From NCBI GenBank assembly GCA_964430505.1, contig CAYSGH010000017.1, positions 659-64,658 of the forward strand: a DNA stretch of 64,000 nucleotides, in the 5' to 3' direction. Below, one piece after another: positions 1 to 9,504 of the stretch. This DNA comes from an uncultured Akkermansia sp. (lineage in GTDB: Bacteria > Verrucomicrobiota > Verrucomicrobiia > Limisphaerales > UBA9464). The position numbers were made by a program, and so were the translations under genes. Below the pieces are notes generated by a model. The model did not search any database, was not told the origin of the DNA, and was given only the letters and a program-made list of their open reading frames with translations. The stretch's first letter is position 1. Each line of letters starts with the position of its first letter.

Positions 1-224
1 GGCGTGTTGTTGTTGTCCCGGAAACGGATGTCCTCCTCGTTGACGTACACGTTGACGAAGCGCCGGACGTCGCCCTTGTCGTCAACCAGCCTTTCCGCCA
101 TGCCGGGGTACCGTCTCTCAAGCTCGGCAATCGCTGTTGCGATGGTGCCGGCCTGGACGAGGACGATCTCCTCGTCGCCGGTGAGCTTTCGTAGCGGGGT
201 GGGAACGCGAACGGTGACTGGCAT
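1..224 (-). CDS. MoaD/ThiS-family sulfur-carrier protein, N-terminal part only (runs off window start)
   Basis: Absent from the ORF track because there is no stop in the window. Reverse complement from ATG (comp. 222-224) reads [74 protein letters not shown] and stays open to nt 1. The pattern PTPLRKLTG ... [15 protein letters not shown] matches CysO/MoaD-type beta-grasp carriers as I remember them. Confidence 0.65.
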   Translation of the reverse strand, partial: MPVTVRVPTPLRKLTGDEEIVLVQAGTIATAIAELERRYPGMAERLVDDKGDVRRFVNVYVNEEDIRFRDNNNT

Positions 225-353
225 TGCGGTTGTGAGGCTGCCATTTCCGGCCCTTGGGGTGCAAGCGTTGGCTCGGTTGGCAGGCAAGGACGGTCCGCCG
301 ACGCTTTGTTTTTCGTTGGCAGCGGACGCCGCGCCTTGGGACGTTGCCAGCCC

Positions 354-1979
354 ATGAAGTACATCTTCGTCACGGGCGGGGTGGTGAGTTCCTTGGGCAA
401 GGGGCTCACGGCGGCTGCGCTGGGCACATTGCTGGAGAACCGAGGCCTTCGCGTGACCCTGCAGAAATTTGATCCGTACCTGAACCTGGATCCGGGGACG
501 ATGAGCCCGTATCAGCACGGCGAGGTGTACGTCTTGGACGACGGCGCGGAGACGGACCTAGACCTTGGACACTACGAGCGGTTCACCAGCACGAAGCTGA
601 CGCGTCGCAACAACACGACGAGCGGCCAAGTGTACCAGCAGGTGCTCGACAACGAACGAAGCGGTGCCTATCTGGGCAAAACGGTCCAAGTGATCCCACA
701 CGTGACGGACGAGATCCAGAGGCGGATCCATTTGCTGGCGGAGGAGACCCGGCCGGATGTCTTGATAACGGAGGTGGGAGGTACGGTGGGCGACATCGAG
801 GGCCTGCCATTCCTCGAGGCGATCCGGGAGTTCGCACAGGAGGCAGGTCCGGGCAACGTTTGCTTCCTGCACGTCACGTACATCCCCTTCATCAAGGCGG
901 CTGGCGAGCTCAAGACCAAGCCCACCCAACAATCCGTCGCGAAGCTGCGCGAGATCGGCATCACGCCCCACTTGCTCGTCTGCCGCACAGAGCATCCCCT
1001 TGGCAAGGATCTCCGGCAGAAGCTTGCGATGTTTTGCAATGTCCCACAGGAGGCTGTGATCGAGGAGAAGGACGTGGACCACTCGATATACGAGGTGCCC
1101 CTCATGCTACAGCGGGAGCGGATGGACGACCTGGTGTGCCGCATCCTGCAGCTCGACGTTCCGCCTGCCCGGATGGCCCATTGGCAGGACATCATCCGTC
1201 GCCTCATCGCCCCTCAGCATCGCGTCCGCATCGGCGTGGTGGGCAAGTACGTCGGCCTTCAGGATGCCTACAAGTCCGTGTATGAAGCCTTGATCCACGG
1301 TGGCATTGCCAATGACTGCGGCGTCCAGATCGAGCAAATCGAGGCTGAAGACGTCGAGACCGGCGACCCGGCCAGGCTGCTGAAGGGACTGGGGGGCATC
1401 TTGGTGCCGGGTGGCTTTGGCGACCGGGGCATCGAGGGCAAGATTCGTGCGGCGCAGTATGCGCGGGAGAACAACGTGCCCTATCTCGGGCTTTGCCTTG
1501 GGATGCAAATTGGCGTCATCGAGTTCGCCCGCAACGTCTTGGGACTGAGACAGGCGCACTCGACGGAGTTCAACCCGTCAACCCCTGATCCGGTGATCGA
1601 CCTGCAGGAATCCCAGAAGGGGGTCACGCAGGTCGGTGGCAGCATGCGGTTGGGATCGCAACCATGTCGTCTCGTGGCGGGCACGCGATCAAGGGATCTC
1701 TACGGCGCGGACATCGTCCACGAGCGCCATCGGCATCGGTTCGAGTTCAACAACCGATATCGGGAGGCATTCACCAAGGCGGGCTTCGTTTTCGCCGGGA
1801 CGACGCCGGACGACCGGCTGGTCGAGGTGATTGAAATCGCGCGGCACCCGTTCTACGTGGCCGCGCAATTCCACCCGGAGTTCTTGTCCAAGCCCAATGC
1901 CCCCCACCCGCTGTTCAGGGGCTTCATCGCCGCAGCGCACGAGCATCTCCATGCGCGGCCGCTGGCGGCGCAGGGCTAA
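354..1979 (+). CDS. pyrG: CTP synthase
   Basis: ORF 306..1979. [18 protein letters not shown] at nt 354 is the canonical CTP synthase N-terminus. The C-terminal glutamine amidotransferase part has GLCLGMQ and [11 protein letters not shown] stop at 1977-1979. Confidence 0.95.
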   Translation: MKYIFVTGGVVSSLGKGLTAAALGTLLENRGLRVTLQKFDPYLNLDPGTMSPYQHGEVYVLDDGAETDLDLGHYERFTSTKLTRRNNTTSGQVYQQVLDNERSGAYLGKTVQVIPHVTDEIQRRIHLLAEETRPDVLITEVGGTVGDIEGLPFLEAIREFAQEAGPGNVCFLHVTYIPFIKAAGELKTKPTQQSVAKLREIGITPHLLVCRTEHPLGKDLRQKLAMFCNVPQEAVIEEKDVDHSIYEVPLMLQRERMDDLVCRILQLDVPPARMAHWQDIIRRLIAPQHRVRIGVVGKYVGLQDAYKSVYEALIHGGIANDCGVQIEQIEAEDVETGDPARLLKGLGGILVPGGFGDRGIEGKIRAAQYARENNVPYLGLCLGMQIGVIEFARNVLGLRQAHSTEFNPSTPDPVIDLQESQKGVTQVGGSMRLGSQPCRLVAGTRSRDLYGADIVHERHRHRFEFNNRYREAFTKAGFVFAGTTPDDRLVEVIEIARHPFYVAAQFHPEFLSKPNAPHPLFRGFIAAAHEHLHARPLAAQG

Positions 1980-2034
1980 AGCTGACTCGGAGTCAGGGCG
2001 AGGCCCCGGGCGTCCCTTGCGACCCGGACTGCCG

Positions 2035-3273
2035 TCACCCAGGAGTGTTGGCGGGCTTGGCCTCGATGCAAACCAAGTCCCCCTTTGCGTTGCGCACGTA
2101 GATGCGGCCGTTGGCAATCACGGGTGCGGTCCAATGCTTTCCAACACCGACCTGTGCTCGCGCCAGTTCGCGATACGAATCCGGATTGGCTTCAACCAAG
2201 ACCAACTCGCCGCCGCCCGTCAGCCAAAGCAGCGTGCCATCGACCGCCGCCAGATTGCCGGTCTCGGCCTTCGGTGATGCCCATTTCACCGCCCCGGACG
2301 AGAGGTCAAGGCACTTGAGCCGCGAGTCCTTGTCCCCGCCTTGGCCGTCTACCCCATAGACATGTCCGCCCAAAGCGATGACGGAGGCCATTTGTGACCG
2401 GATCTCCTTGTTGAACCAGATGCGTCTTGGGGGATTGGCGGAAAGGTCGTAGGCGGCGCAACCGGTGCCATAGCCAGAACTCAGGAACATGCGGGCGCCA
2501 TCGAAAACGGGGTCCGTGGCGTTGACGTTCCAGTCCGTCTTCCATGGCACGCGCCATGTCTCCTTGCCGGAACCCGGATCCACGGCGACGACGTGCTTGG
2601 CCGCAAACATCGCCAGTTGTTGGCGACCGTCCTGGACGAAGGGCACGGGCGTTCCGTAGCCGCATTCCTCCTTGCCGGTCGTCCAGACGGGACGCCCGGT
2701 TGCCTTGTCGAGCGCGACTCCGGCGGAACCGGCATTGATGAAGAGCGTCGAGCCGTCCACAAGCACGGACGAGTTAAAGCCCCAGTCCGGGATGGGGAGT
2801 CCGGGATCCTTTGAGAGGTCTCGAGTCCATGCAACGGATCCTGTGGCGGCATCCAGGGCATGGACCAAGCCATGCCGACCCACCGTGTAAACAGTGCCAC
2901 CGGATACCGTGGGCGTGGCACCCGGGCCGCCCTCGTAGTATTTTGGGTCAAGGTCTTGCGGGTATCGAAACGTCCAAACTTCCTTCCCTGTGATCTCGTC
3001 CAAGCAATACACGGTGTCATGGCCGCCCTTCTTGATTCCATTGTTGCCGACCGTGAAGACCCGCCCCTGAGCAACGGCCACGGACGAGAAACCCGTGCCG
3101 ACGAACACCTTCCATAGCCTGCGAGGGGGGATCTTGGACCAATCGCCCAACGGCTTCTGCTCCAGAGAGATGCCATCGTGTCGGGTGCCTCGGTATTGTG
3201 GCCAATCAGCGGCGGGAAGAGGTGGAGATCCTATCGTAATGAAACATCCCATCAACGTAATCGTGCTGCGCAT
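2035..3273 (-). CDS. PQQ-like (BamB-type) beta-propeller repeat protein, secreted
   Basis: 412-aa ORF with ATG at comp. 3271-3273. Short hydrophobic leader followed by ADWPQYRGTRHDG, then repeated G.VY..G..G.L.ALDA.TG...W blades typical of PQQ-like propellers. Confidence 0.8.
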   Translation of the reverse strand: MRSTITLMGCFITIGSPPLPAADWPQYRGTRHDGISLEQKPLGDWSKIPPRRLWKVFVGTGFSSVAVAQGRVFTVGNNGIKKGGHDTVYCLDEITGKEVWTFRYPQDLDPKYYEGGPGATPTVSGGTVYTVGRHGLVHALDAATGSVAWTRDLSKDPGLPIPDWGFNSSVLVDGSTLFINAGSAGVALDKATGRPVWTTGKEECGYGTPVPFVQDGRQQLAMFAAKHVVAVDPGSGKETWRVPWKTDWNVNATDPVFDGARMFLSSGYGTGCAAYDLSANPPRRIWFNKEIRSQMASVIALGGHVYGVDGQGGDKDSRLKCLDLSSGAVKWASPKAETGNLAAVDGTLLWLTGGGELVLVEANPDSYRELARAQVGVGKHWTAPVIANGRIYVRNAKGDLVCIEAKPANTPG

Positions 3274-3370
3274 AGGCCTAGGCTGCTATGGATTTCCACA
3301 GGGGGCAACCGAGGCGTGGAGTGATCCATCGTTTCGGGAACGACTACAGATTGCGTGCAGCTTGGATGCG

Positions 3371-3400
3371 AAAAGCAAAAGGCCCGGCAACAGCCGGGCC
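3371..3400 (-). terminator. Rho-independent terminator downstream of 3440..4090
   Basis: GGCCCGGC-aaca-GCCGGGCC hairpin at 3381-3400. On the minus strand it is followed by TTTTGCTTTT (3371-3380). Confidence 0.6.
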
Positions 3401-3439
3401 CTGAGGTCCCTGATCGGAACGTTGTCGTAGGAGAGTATC

Positions 3440-4090
3440 CTATTGTCCACCCGGTTGGGACGGGGATGCGGTGGGGGTGATCACTTGCACCACCGGGGCC
3501 GAGACCAGCGCAAAGGGGGCAGGAAGATTGTGGGGCACGACCGACTGGGTCGCTGCCGAGAATGATTGGCCCGAAGTAATCGTGTAGGTTCCCGCGCTTG
3601 ACGTTACAACGATGCGGCCCGTGTAGCAGTAAACGTCACCAGCCGAGCGGACCAAGAATGTCGTCGAGTCCTGAATGGCGGCGCTGACGTCTGCGGCCTT
3701 CACCGTCAAGACGGAGGAGGCCGCCTTGGGGTTGAAGGAACCAGCAATGGCTCCCTGCGTAAGGCTGCCACCGCCCTTCGTGATTCCATCCTCCTGCACG
3801 ATGGTCTCGCTGACGGTGTAGGTCGAGTCACCCCAGACGTGGATGTTGGAGATCTTGCGCCCACCAGAGATCAATCCAAGGTCCGCGCTGGATCCCTTGG
3901 TCGTTGTGACGGTGTCCCCAGTGGCTAGCTCAGATCCGACGGATGCCGCCTTTGCAATGGTGGCCCCCTTGACGGCCACCGTGCCACTCATGGCGTCTAG
4001 GGTGAAGTTTGCCGCGTGCCCGAGGGTTACGGCCAACGCCAACGAACCCGCCAAGCTCAGCCCGCGCCCGATCCATCCAAGGTTTTTCAT
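3440..4090 (-). CDS. Secreted hypothetical protein with FecR-like N-terminal region
   Basis: The track ORF (360 aa) has a P/R/G-rich 5' extension running into low-GC DNA. The internal ATG (comp. 4088-4090) gives signal peptide MKNLGWIGRGLSLAGSLALAVTLGHA. The following segment G.V.VKGA...A.VGSELATGDTVTT.KGSSADL resembles FecR-type domains. The rest is T/S/G/V-rich and looks beta-rich. Confidence 0.55.
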   Translation of the reverse strand: MKNLGWIGRGLSLAGSLALAVTLGHAANFTLDAMSGTVAVKGATIAKAASVGSELATGDTVTTTKGSSADLGLISGGRKISNIHVWGDSTYTVSETIVQEDGITKGGGSLTQGAIAGSFNPKAASSVLTVKAADVSAAIQDSTTFLVRSAGDVYCYTGRIVVTSSAGTYTITSGQSFSAATQSVVPHNLPAPFALVSAPVVQVITPTASPSQPGGQ

Positions 4091-4218
4091 AGTAACTGTG
4101 TGATGAGGTGATTGACCTATGGCCTTCACGCTATTGGGGGCAGCGTTCAAGTCAACCGCATAGTCATGTCGGCGAGTGTTCAAAATGCGACTCGTTGCGG
4201 GTACAAAAGGAGACTGAG

Positions 4219-5300
4219 TCAGACGCTGTACTTTCCGAGCACCTCGGCCCACCGGTTCTCGGGCGGCGCTGGGGGCTCGGGGACGACCCAGAACGGACGG
4301 CCCGGGTGGTGGATGATGGTCACGGTCTTGCGAAGGGTGGGGGCAATGGCCCAACTGCGGCCCTCGAAGTCCACAGGGTTGTCCGTGCGGCGGCGGCGGC
4401 GGTCGTGGAGCGCGAGGTGCAGGTCGAGCAGCGCCATCCTGGGGACGGGCTGCATGGCCGCCATGCCATCCTGCAAGGCCCTGTCCCAACGGCCGTTCGG
4501 GGACATGCCGGTGGTCCTGCAAACGGTGCGGTTGAGGTGGTCGATCTCGGCCAGGAAGACAATCTGAGCATGGGCGAAGGACTGCACCTTCTCGTGTCTG
4601 AGGAGCGTCACGACGCGGGCCTGCAAGGGCTAAAGCGGCGCTCGATCCTGCCCTTGGCTTGCGGGTTGGGCGCGACGAGATGGCTGACGCCCAGGGCGGT
4701 CAGGGCCCGTTGGAACTCGCTCTTGGGATCGCGTCCCTCGGCCGTAGACTTGTGGCCGAAGAGGGACAAGCCATCGGTGTAGAGGGCCGTCGCGCCGCCC
4801 GCTGCCGCGCGGGGTCTTGCCGTCCAAGGCCAGGCGGGCGATGGCCGCGGGCTCCTGCTCCGACAACCACCGGCCGATGATCGCCACCCGCCTGCGCACG
4901 TCGCAGGCGACCTTCGCGCGGCCGAGGGGGGTCTCTGGGCGGGCGGCGCACGCCGTCCTTGTCCGGCCACACGTGCAGGGCCTCGGCGGGTGTCGGGGAG
5001 GGCGCGGGAAGAGCTGCCTGGGCTTGCCGTGCTCGCGGTAGAAGTCGCGGGAGGCGAGGTAGGGGAGCCTCTCGCGGTCCGGGAAGGCGAGGAAGCGGGC
5101 GTGGTTGACGACCAAGTGGAGGCGACGGGCTGGCCGTCGATGAGGGCGACGTCGCGGAGGGTGGGGCCAGCGACGTGGGGTTGGTGAGGGTGGTGGTCCT
5201 TGGTGAGGCGTCGGTTGAACTCCTCGGGCTGGTGGGGCTCGATGAGGCGGACGCCGACGCGGGCGAGGAGGGTGGCTTCCGGTGGGGACGTGGCCGCGCT
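4219..5300 (-). mobile_element. Degenerate transposase remnants (rve/ISNCY-like C-terminal part with frameshift, plus upstream unrelated transposase-like fragments)
   Basis: One frame reads ALYTDGLSLFGHKS...SEFQRALTALGVSHLVAPNPQAKGRIERRF (DDE/rve core end). It continues after a frame change near 4620-4630 as LQARVVTLLRHEKVQSFAHAQIVFLAEIDHLNRTV...NPVDFEGRSWAI. Further upstream, scattered over two frames, are VRLIEPHQPEEFNRRLTKDHHPHQPHVAGPTLRDVALIDGQPVA and HLVVNHARFLAFPDRERLPYLASR (DUF4338-like, low confidence), and IARLALDGKTPRGS. There is no intact ORF. Confidence 0.6.
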
Positions 5301-5521
5301 GATGCCGGGGAATCGTCTCCGCCCAGCGGGTGTTCTGGAACTCATTCCAGATGAATCTGCCTGGAACCCCGTGCCGCTGCTCGGCGCGTGGTGTGTTCCC
5401 GGCTCGCCGGGACGACGTTGCTCCGGGCGAGGCGTCGCGTCCTGAGCAAGACGGATCGCAATCCCGAAGAATTTCCCCTTGCCAACCCGGCGCCTCGCCC
5501 GGTTCCATTTGGGTCTTGGGT

Positions 5522-5597
5522 GGCCGGGTAGCTCAGTTGGTAGAGCATGCGACTGAAAATCGCAGTGTCGGCGGTTCGATCCCGCCCCCGGCCACCA
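5522..5597 (+). tRNA. tRNA-Phe (anticodon GAA), CCA encoded
   Basis: Cloverleaf folded by hand. Acceptor GGCCGGG/CCCGGCC, D arm GCTC-AGTTGGTA-GAGC, anticodon arm TGCGA-CTGAAAA-TCGCA (GAA at 5555-5557), variable GTGTC, T arm GGCGG-TTCGATC-CCGCC, discriminator A, CCA at 5595-5597. Confidence 0.95.
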
Positions 5598-5660
5598 CGC
5601 CTTTGGTTGCCCCACCCGCTTTTCCTCCCACCCCGGTTGACGAGGTCGTGCACCCTACCG

Positions 5661-7826
5661 TCAGAAGACCAGCATCAGGCCCGCGTAAAAGTTCCGGCCG
5701 TAGGCGGGATCGATGCCATCGGGCCGCACCCTTGCGAAATAGTCCTGGTTCAGGAGGTTGTTGATGCCTCCGAGTACGCTCAGGCGATCCTGCCACACCT
5801 TCCATTCCATGGTCAGGTCCCACGTCATGTAGGCGGGGATGGCGAATGCAGCCGCATTGCTGTCGTTGGCGTTGTGATCGCCCACGAACGTTCCCATCAA
5901 TGCCACCTTGCCCCGCCCCAGCCCTCGGTAGATGGCGCCCGCCCGCACCATGTGGCCGGGCGCGTAGGCCGGGGAATTGCCGATCAAGTCCGGCCTCGCC
6001 GAGGACTCGATCTCCGCGTCGAGCCAGAGGATGTTTCCATGCAACGCCAGCTCGTGCTCGCTGCCCTTGCCCTCGCCTCCTGTCAGACGGTCCGCCAACC
6101 CGATCAACTCGACCTCGAGGGATGCCTCCAACCCGCGATGAACGGTGCGCCCGATGTTCTGCACCGTGTTGCCCACCGTCCCCAGTTGGTCGTCGAAGTT
6201 CATCCAGAACACGCTTGCGTCGCCATAGAGGAAGGGCAGGGGCCGGCCTCGCACGCCCACGTCCGCCTGCCAGCTTCGGCCCGGCTCGATGTCCCGGTTG
6301 GCGAACGCGCCGCCCGACGTGGGCACCGCCTCGGTGAAGAGCTTGGGCCGGTATGCCTGCGACAGGTTGGCGTAGGCGGCGGACTCGCGTGGCAGCCGGT
6401 ACTCGAGACCCAGCCCGCCCAGGGGCACGAAGTCATGCTCGTGCACGTCCCCAAGCGGCGTGCCGCGGCCCGCCTTGTCCACGTTCACGTTCTCCCGCAC
6501 CCCCTGCCACACGTTCTCGAGGCGAAGCGCCGGCGTCACCGACAGGTCCCCCCAGACGAATCGGTTCTCCGCGAAGACCGGCGCGTAGAACACTGCGCGA
6601 TCCGAGTCCCTCAACACCCTGCCTTCCGTCGCCGTGGGGCTTGCCCCGCGCTGGTCCGTCCGGGGCGACGCCGTGTGATACGCCTGGACGCCCGCCGTGA
6701 ACGTGTTGATTTCCTCGCCCCATGCCCACCCATGCCGGAGCCGCGCCTCCGCGCCCTGCGTGTAGAACTCCTGGTGCTCGATGTCGTTCCCGTTGCCGGT
6801 CGCGAGCACCCCGAACCCGCCGCCCGTCTGGCGTCGGCTCAGGCGTGAGTAGTAGCCTCCCCAGCCCGTCACCGTCACCCGCGAGTCCTCCGCGAAGTCC
6901 TTCTCCCATGCCAACGTCCCGAAATGCCGGTCCAGCAGGAACCGGTCGTGACGACGCGTCGTGGCCGTCCGATCCGCCGAATACTCCACGGCGCCCGGGC
7001 CGGGCGCAGCCGCCAGCCCGCCGGGCTCGCCATGCTCCGAGGCAAACCCGTCATACGTGAGGTTCCAGCGGCTATCCTCCTTCGCGTCGAGGACGAGCCG
7101 TGCGCTCCCATTGTAGAGCGACACGTCGCTGTTGGCCGCGCGGAAGCCATCGGTGCGGCGGTGGTTGAAGTAGGCGTAGTAACCCAGCCGTTCCGAGGTG
7201 CCGTCCACGGACGTGTAGGTGGAGTAGAGGTTGTCCGACCCCATCACATGCTGGGTGCGTCCGGAGAAGGGCCGGTCCAGGCGCGGCCGATGCGTCACGT
7301 AGTTCAACGACCCGCCCGGCTGCGGGCCGTACAGCAACGAGGCGCCGCCGCGCACGAACTCCAACCGGTCCACCGTGTCCAACGGCGGCGTGTAGTACGC
7401 CTCCGGGTACCCGAACGGGTCCGCATGGATGGGGATGCCGTCCTTCAACACCTGCGTGAACTGCATCCGATGCGGGTTCAACCCCCGGTAGCCTACACTC
7501 ACCAGGGGCGTGGTTTCCTCGCTGAGCAGGAGTCCCGGGGCCTTGGTCAGCGCCTGACGATAGTTGTTGCTCAGCACCGGCGGCAGGTCGTCGAGGTCGA
7601 GGACGGTCGTTTTCTTGCCCGCGAACACCTGGGTTCCAAACACGGGGGGCATGTATGGGGTTTGCACCCGTTCCTCGTACTCGGCCTCGCCCACGATCAC
7701 CTGCCGGGCGAGCGCGGGCGTCGTCTGCGACTGGGCCTCGTGGGCCCCGGACAAGGCCATGCACAGTGCCGCAGCCCAGCGTCCCCGACATCCGCCCGGG
7801 GTGGTGTCAAAGCATCTCTTTTCCAT
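5661..7826 (-). CDS. TonB-dependent outer-membrane receptor
   Basis: 721 aa. N-terminal signal and plug (LTKAPGLLL, GYRGLNP, DRLEFVRGGASLLYG). Long beta-barrel rich in Y/G/D/N. Ends in the typical terminal ...YGRNFYAGLMLVF. Confidence 0.9.
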   Translation of the reverse strand: MEKRCFDTTPGGCRGRWAAALCMALSGAHEAQSQTTPALARQVIVGEAEYEERVQTPYMPPVFGTQVFAGKKTTVLDLDDLPPVLSNNYRQALTKAPGLLLSEETTPLVSVGYRGLNPHRMQFTQVLKDGIPIHADPFGYPEAYYTPPLDTVDRLEFVRGGASLLYGPQPGGSLNYVTHRPRLDRPFSGRTQHVMGSDNLYSTYTSVDGTSERLGYYAYFNHRRTDGFRAANSDVSLYNGSARLVLDAKEDSRWNLTYDGFASEHGEPGGLAAAPGPGAVEYSADRTATTRRHDRFLLDRHFGTLAWEKDFAEDSRVTVTGWGGYYSRLSRRQTGGGFGVLATGNGNDIEHQEFYTQGAEARLRHGWAWGEEINTFTAGVQAYHTASPRTDQRGASPTATEGRVLRDSDRAVFYAPVFAENRFVWGDLSVTPALRLENVWQGVRENVNVDKAGRGTPLGDVHEHDFVPLGGLGLEYRLPRESAAYANLSQAYRPKLFTEAVPTSGGAFANRDIEPGRSWQADVGVRGRPLPFLYGDASVFWMNFDDQLGTVGNTVQNIGRTVHRGLEASLEVELIGLADRLTGGEGKGSEHELALHGNILWLDAEIESSARPDLIGNSPAYAPGHMVRAGAIYRGLGRGKVALMGTFVGDHNANDSNAAAFAIPAYMTWDLTMEWKVWQDRLSVLGGINNLLNQDYFARVRPDGIDPAYGRNFYAGLMLVF

Positions 7827-7947
7827 TGCTCGGCGGCCATCGTGTCACGACCGCCGCCGCGCCTGCTTCCCGGTCGTTGCGAAACCTTGCCGGGGCCTTG
7901 TTGCCGCCGCCTTGCCGCGCCTTGGCGACGCGTTGCAGCAGGGCCGG

Positions 7948-9303
7948 CTATGCGGTCCAGCCCTTGCGATACTGCCGCCGGAGGTACTGCTTGGCCGCCG
8001 CCGCGCCGCTGCTCAGGCGGAACTTCGGACCGTCCCACCTCAGCTCCGTCTGGGCTCGGATGGCGACGTTGCCCAACAGGATGAACTCGGTGAGCAACCC
8101 GGCGTAGTCGAAGTTCGAGAAGGCCTTCGGGCCGCCGCGGATGGCGGCCACCCACTCGTCCTTCATCCCTTGGTCGCCCTTGCCGTTGCGCGCCAACGTG
8201 GGCGCCGGGGCCGCGAAGTCCTTGAACCGCTCGCCGGGCAGCAGCTTCCAGTTCGAGCCATAGTCCGACGGCGAGTACAGCACGCCCTTGTCGCCCACCA
8301 TGAGGCAGCCGGAGTCGGCCGGCTTCTCGCCATGGAACAGGTCCATGGGAGGAAGGTTCTTGGTTCCGGACGGCAGCTTGCCCTCGTACCAGGTGAACTT
8401 CACGGCCGGGCGCTTGCCCTTGGCGGGGAAGTCGTAGTTCACCGTGGCCCAGCCCGGGCAGGTCTCGGGATTCGGCGCCTCCGACTCCGCGACGATGCGC
8501 GTGGGATGGTCCAACTCGAGAGCCATGAAGGGAAGGTTCGCCGTGTGGCAGCCCATGTCGCCCAGCGCGCCGGTGCCGTAGTCCCACCATCCCCGCCACT
8601 TGAACGGGTGATAGGCCGGGTGATAGGGCCGCTCGGGGGCGGTGCCTAGGAAGGCATCCCAGTTGACATGCGGCGGCGCCGGCGGTGTGTCCGTCGGGCG
8701 TGCCTTCACCGAGGGCGACTGCGGCCAGACGGGACGGTTCGTCCACACGTGCACGTGTTGCACCGTCCCGATGGCCCCGGCGCGGATGGCCTCGACGCCC
8801 GCCCGCAGGCCGTTCTCGGCCGTTCCTTGGTTGCCCATCTGCGTCGCGACCTTGTGCTTTCGGGCGAGGTCGCGGAGCCAGCGCGCCTCCCAGACGTCAT
8901 GCGTCAGGGGCTTTTGCACGTACACATGGATGCCCTGCTGGATCGCCATGGCGGCCGCCAACGCGTGGTTGTGGTCCGCCGTGCTGACCGTCAGCGCGTC
9001 GATCTTGCCCGACATCTTGTCGAAGAGCTTGCGGAAGTCCTGGAACCCGGCGGCCGACGGGAACTTCCTCAGCTTCGCCTGGAGCGAGGTGTCGTCGCAG
9101 TCGCACAACGCGACCACGTCGCCATGGGTTGCCGCTTGGTCGAGGTCGCCCGATCCCTTGCCGCCCACGCCGATGCCCGCGACGCGCAGGCGCTCGTTGG
9201 CGCCCCAGACGCGTGCCGGGACAATGCTGAAGGCAAACGCCGCGCTCGCGGCGGATTGGAGGAACTGGCGGCGGCCAAAGACGCGGGTGTACGTGGAACT
9301 CAT
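7948..9303 (-). CDS. Gfo/Idh/MocA-family oxidoreductase with twin-arginine signal (GH109-like architecture)
   Basis: ATG at comp. 9301-9303 gives MSSTYTRVFGRRQFLQSAASAAFAFSIVPARVWGA (Tat motif RRQFL). This is followed by the Rossmann motif RVAGIGVGGKGSGD and the Gfo/Idh/MocA C-terminal domain. Confidence 0.85.
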   Translation of the reverse strand: MSSTYTRVFGRRQFLQSAASAAFAFSIVPARVWGANERLRVAGIGVGGKGSGDLDQAATHGDVVALCDCDDTSLQAKLRKFPSAAGFQDFRKLFDKMSGKIDALTVSTADHNHALAAAMAIQQGIHVYVQKPLTHDVWEARWLRDLARKHKVATQMGNQGTAENGLRAGVEAIRAGAIGTVQHVHVWTNRPVWPQSPSVKARPTDTPPAPPHVNWDAFLGTAPERPYHPAYHPFKWRGWWDYGTGALGDMGCHTANLPFMALELDHPTRIVAESEAPNPETCPGWATVNYDFPAKGKRPAVKFTWYEGKLPSGTKNLPPMDLFHGEKPADSGCLMVGDKGVLYSPSDYGSNWKLLPGERFKDFAAPAPTLARNGKGDQGMKDEWVAAIRGGPKAFSNFDYAGLLTEFILLGNVAIRAQTELRWDGPKFRLSSGAAAAKQYLRRQYRKGWTA

Positions 9304-9504
9304 GCTGAACCTTTCTCGGGGTGTTGGGGATGAGGCTACGGAGCCCGCCCGTCCCGGGGCAACGACGAATCCCGCGAACGGTCGGTTCACCCCGTGTCGG
9401 TGGAGCGTCCGGCGGCGCGGTCTGCCGGCGGCCGCCGCGCCGACGAGGCCCTCGTGGAGGCCGGCGTTGGGGCGCAGCCCCGGGCCTTTGCTTGGCGCTG
9501 GTTC

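Noticed and set aside
4-357. Track ORF 4..357 (+) upstream of pyrG.
   Set aside because: It is antisense to the much better supported MoaD/ThiS-like reading frame. Its translation is S/T/L/R-rich with no recognisable motifs.
3440-4522. Long 5' extensions of track ORFs. These include 3440..4522, 14274..16391, 52814..54553, 38932..41517, 46943..48409, 47781..49496, 36185..37735 and 9505..10842.
   Set aside because: In each case an internal start yields a clean signal peptide or canonical family N-terminus, often overlapping the upstream stop by 4 nt. The extension is low-complexity or overlaps the neighbouring gene.
4091-5597. An integrated genomic island or prophage at tRNA-Phe.
   Set aside because: There is no integrase and no phage genes. 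I found no direct repeat of the tRNA 3' end. The debris lies on the 5' side of the tRNA and is only about 1.2 kb, so it is reported only as IS decay.
7827-7947. Possible riboswitch (cobalamin/TPP) in the leader of the TonB-dependent receptor.
   Set aside because: I could not find a B12 box, CUGAGA or other riboswitch core motif. The region shows only GC-rich GGCAAGG-like repeats. A covariance-model scan would be needed to say more.
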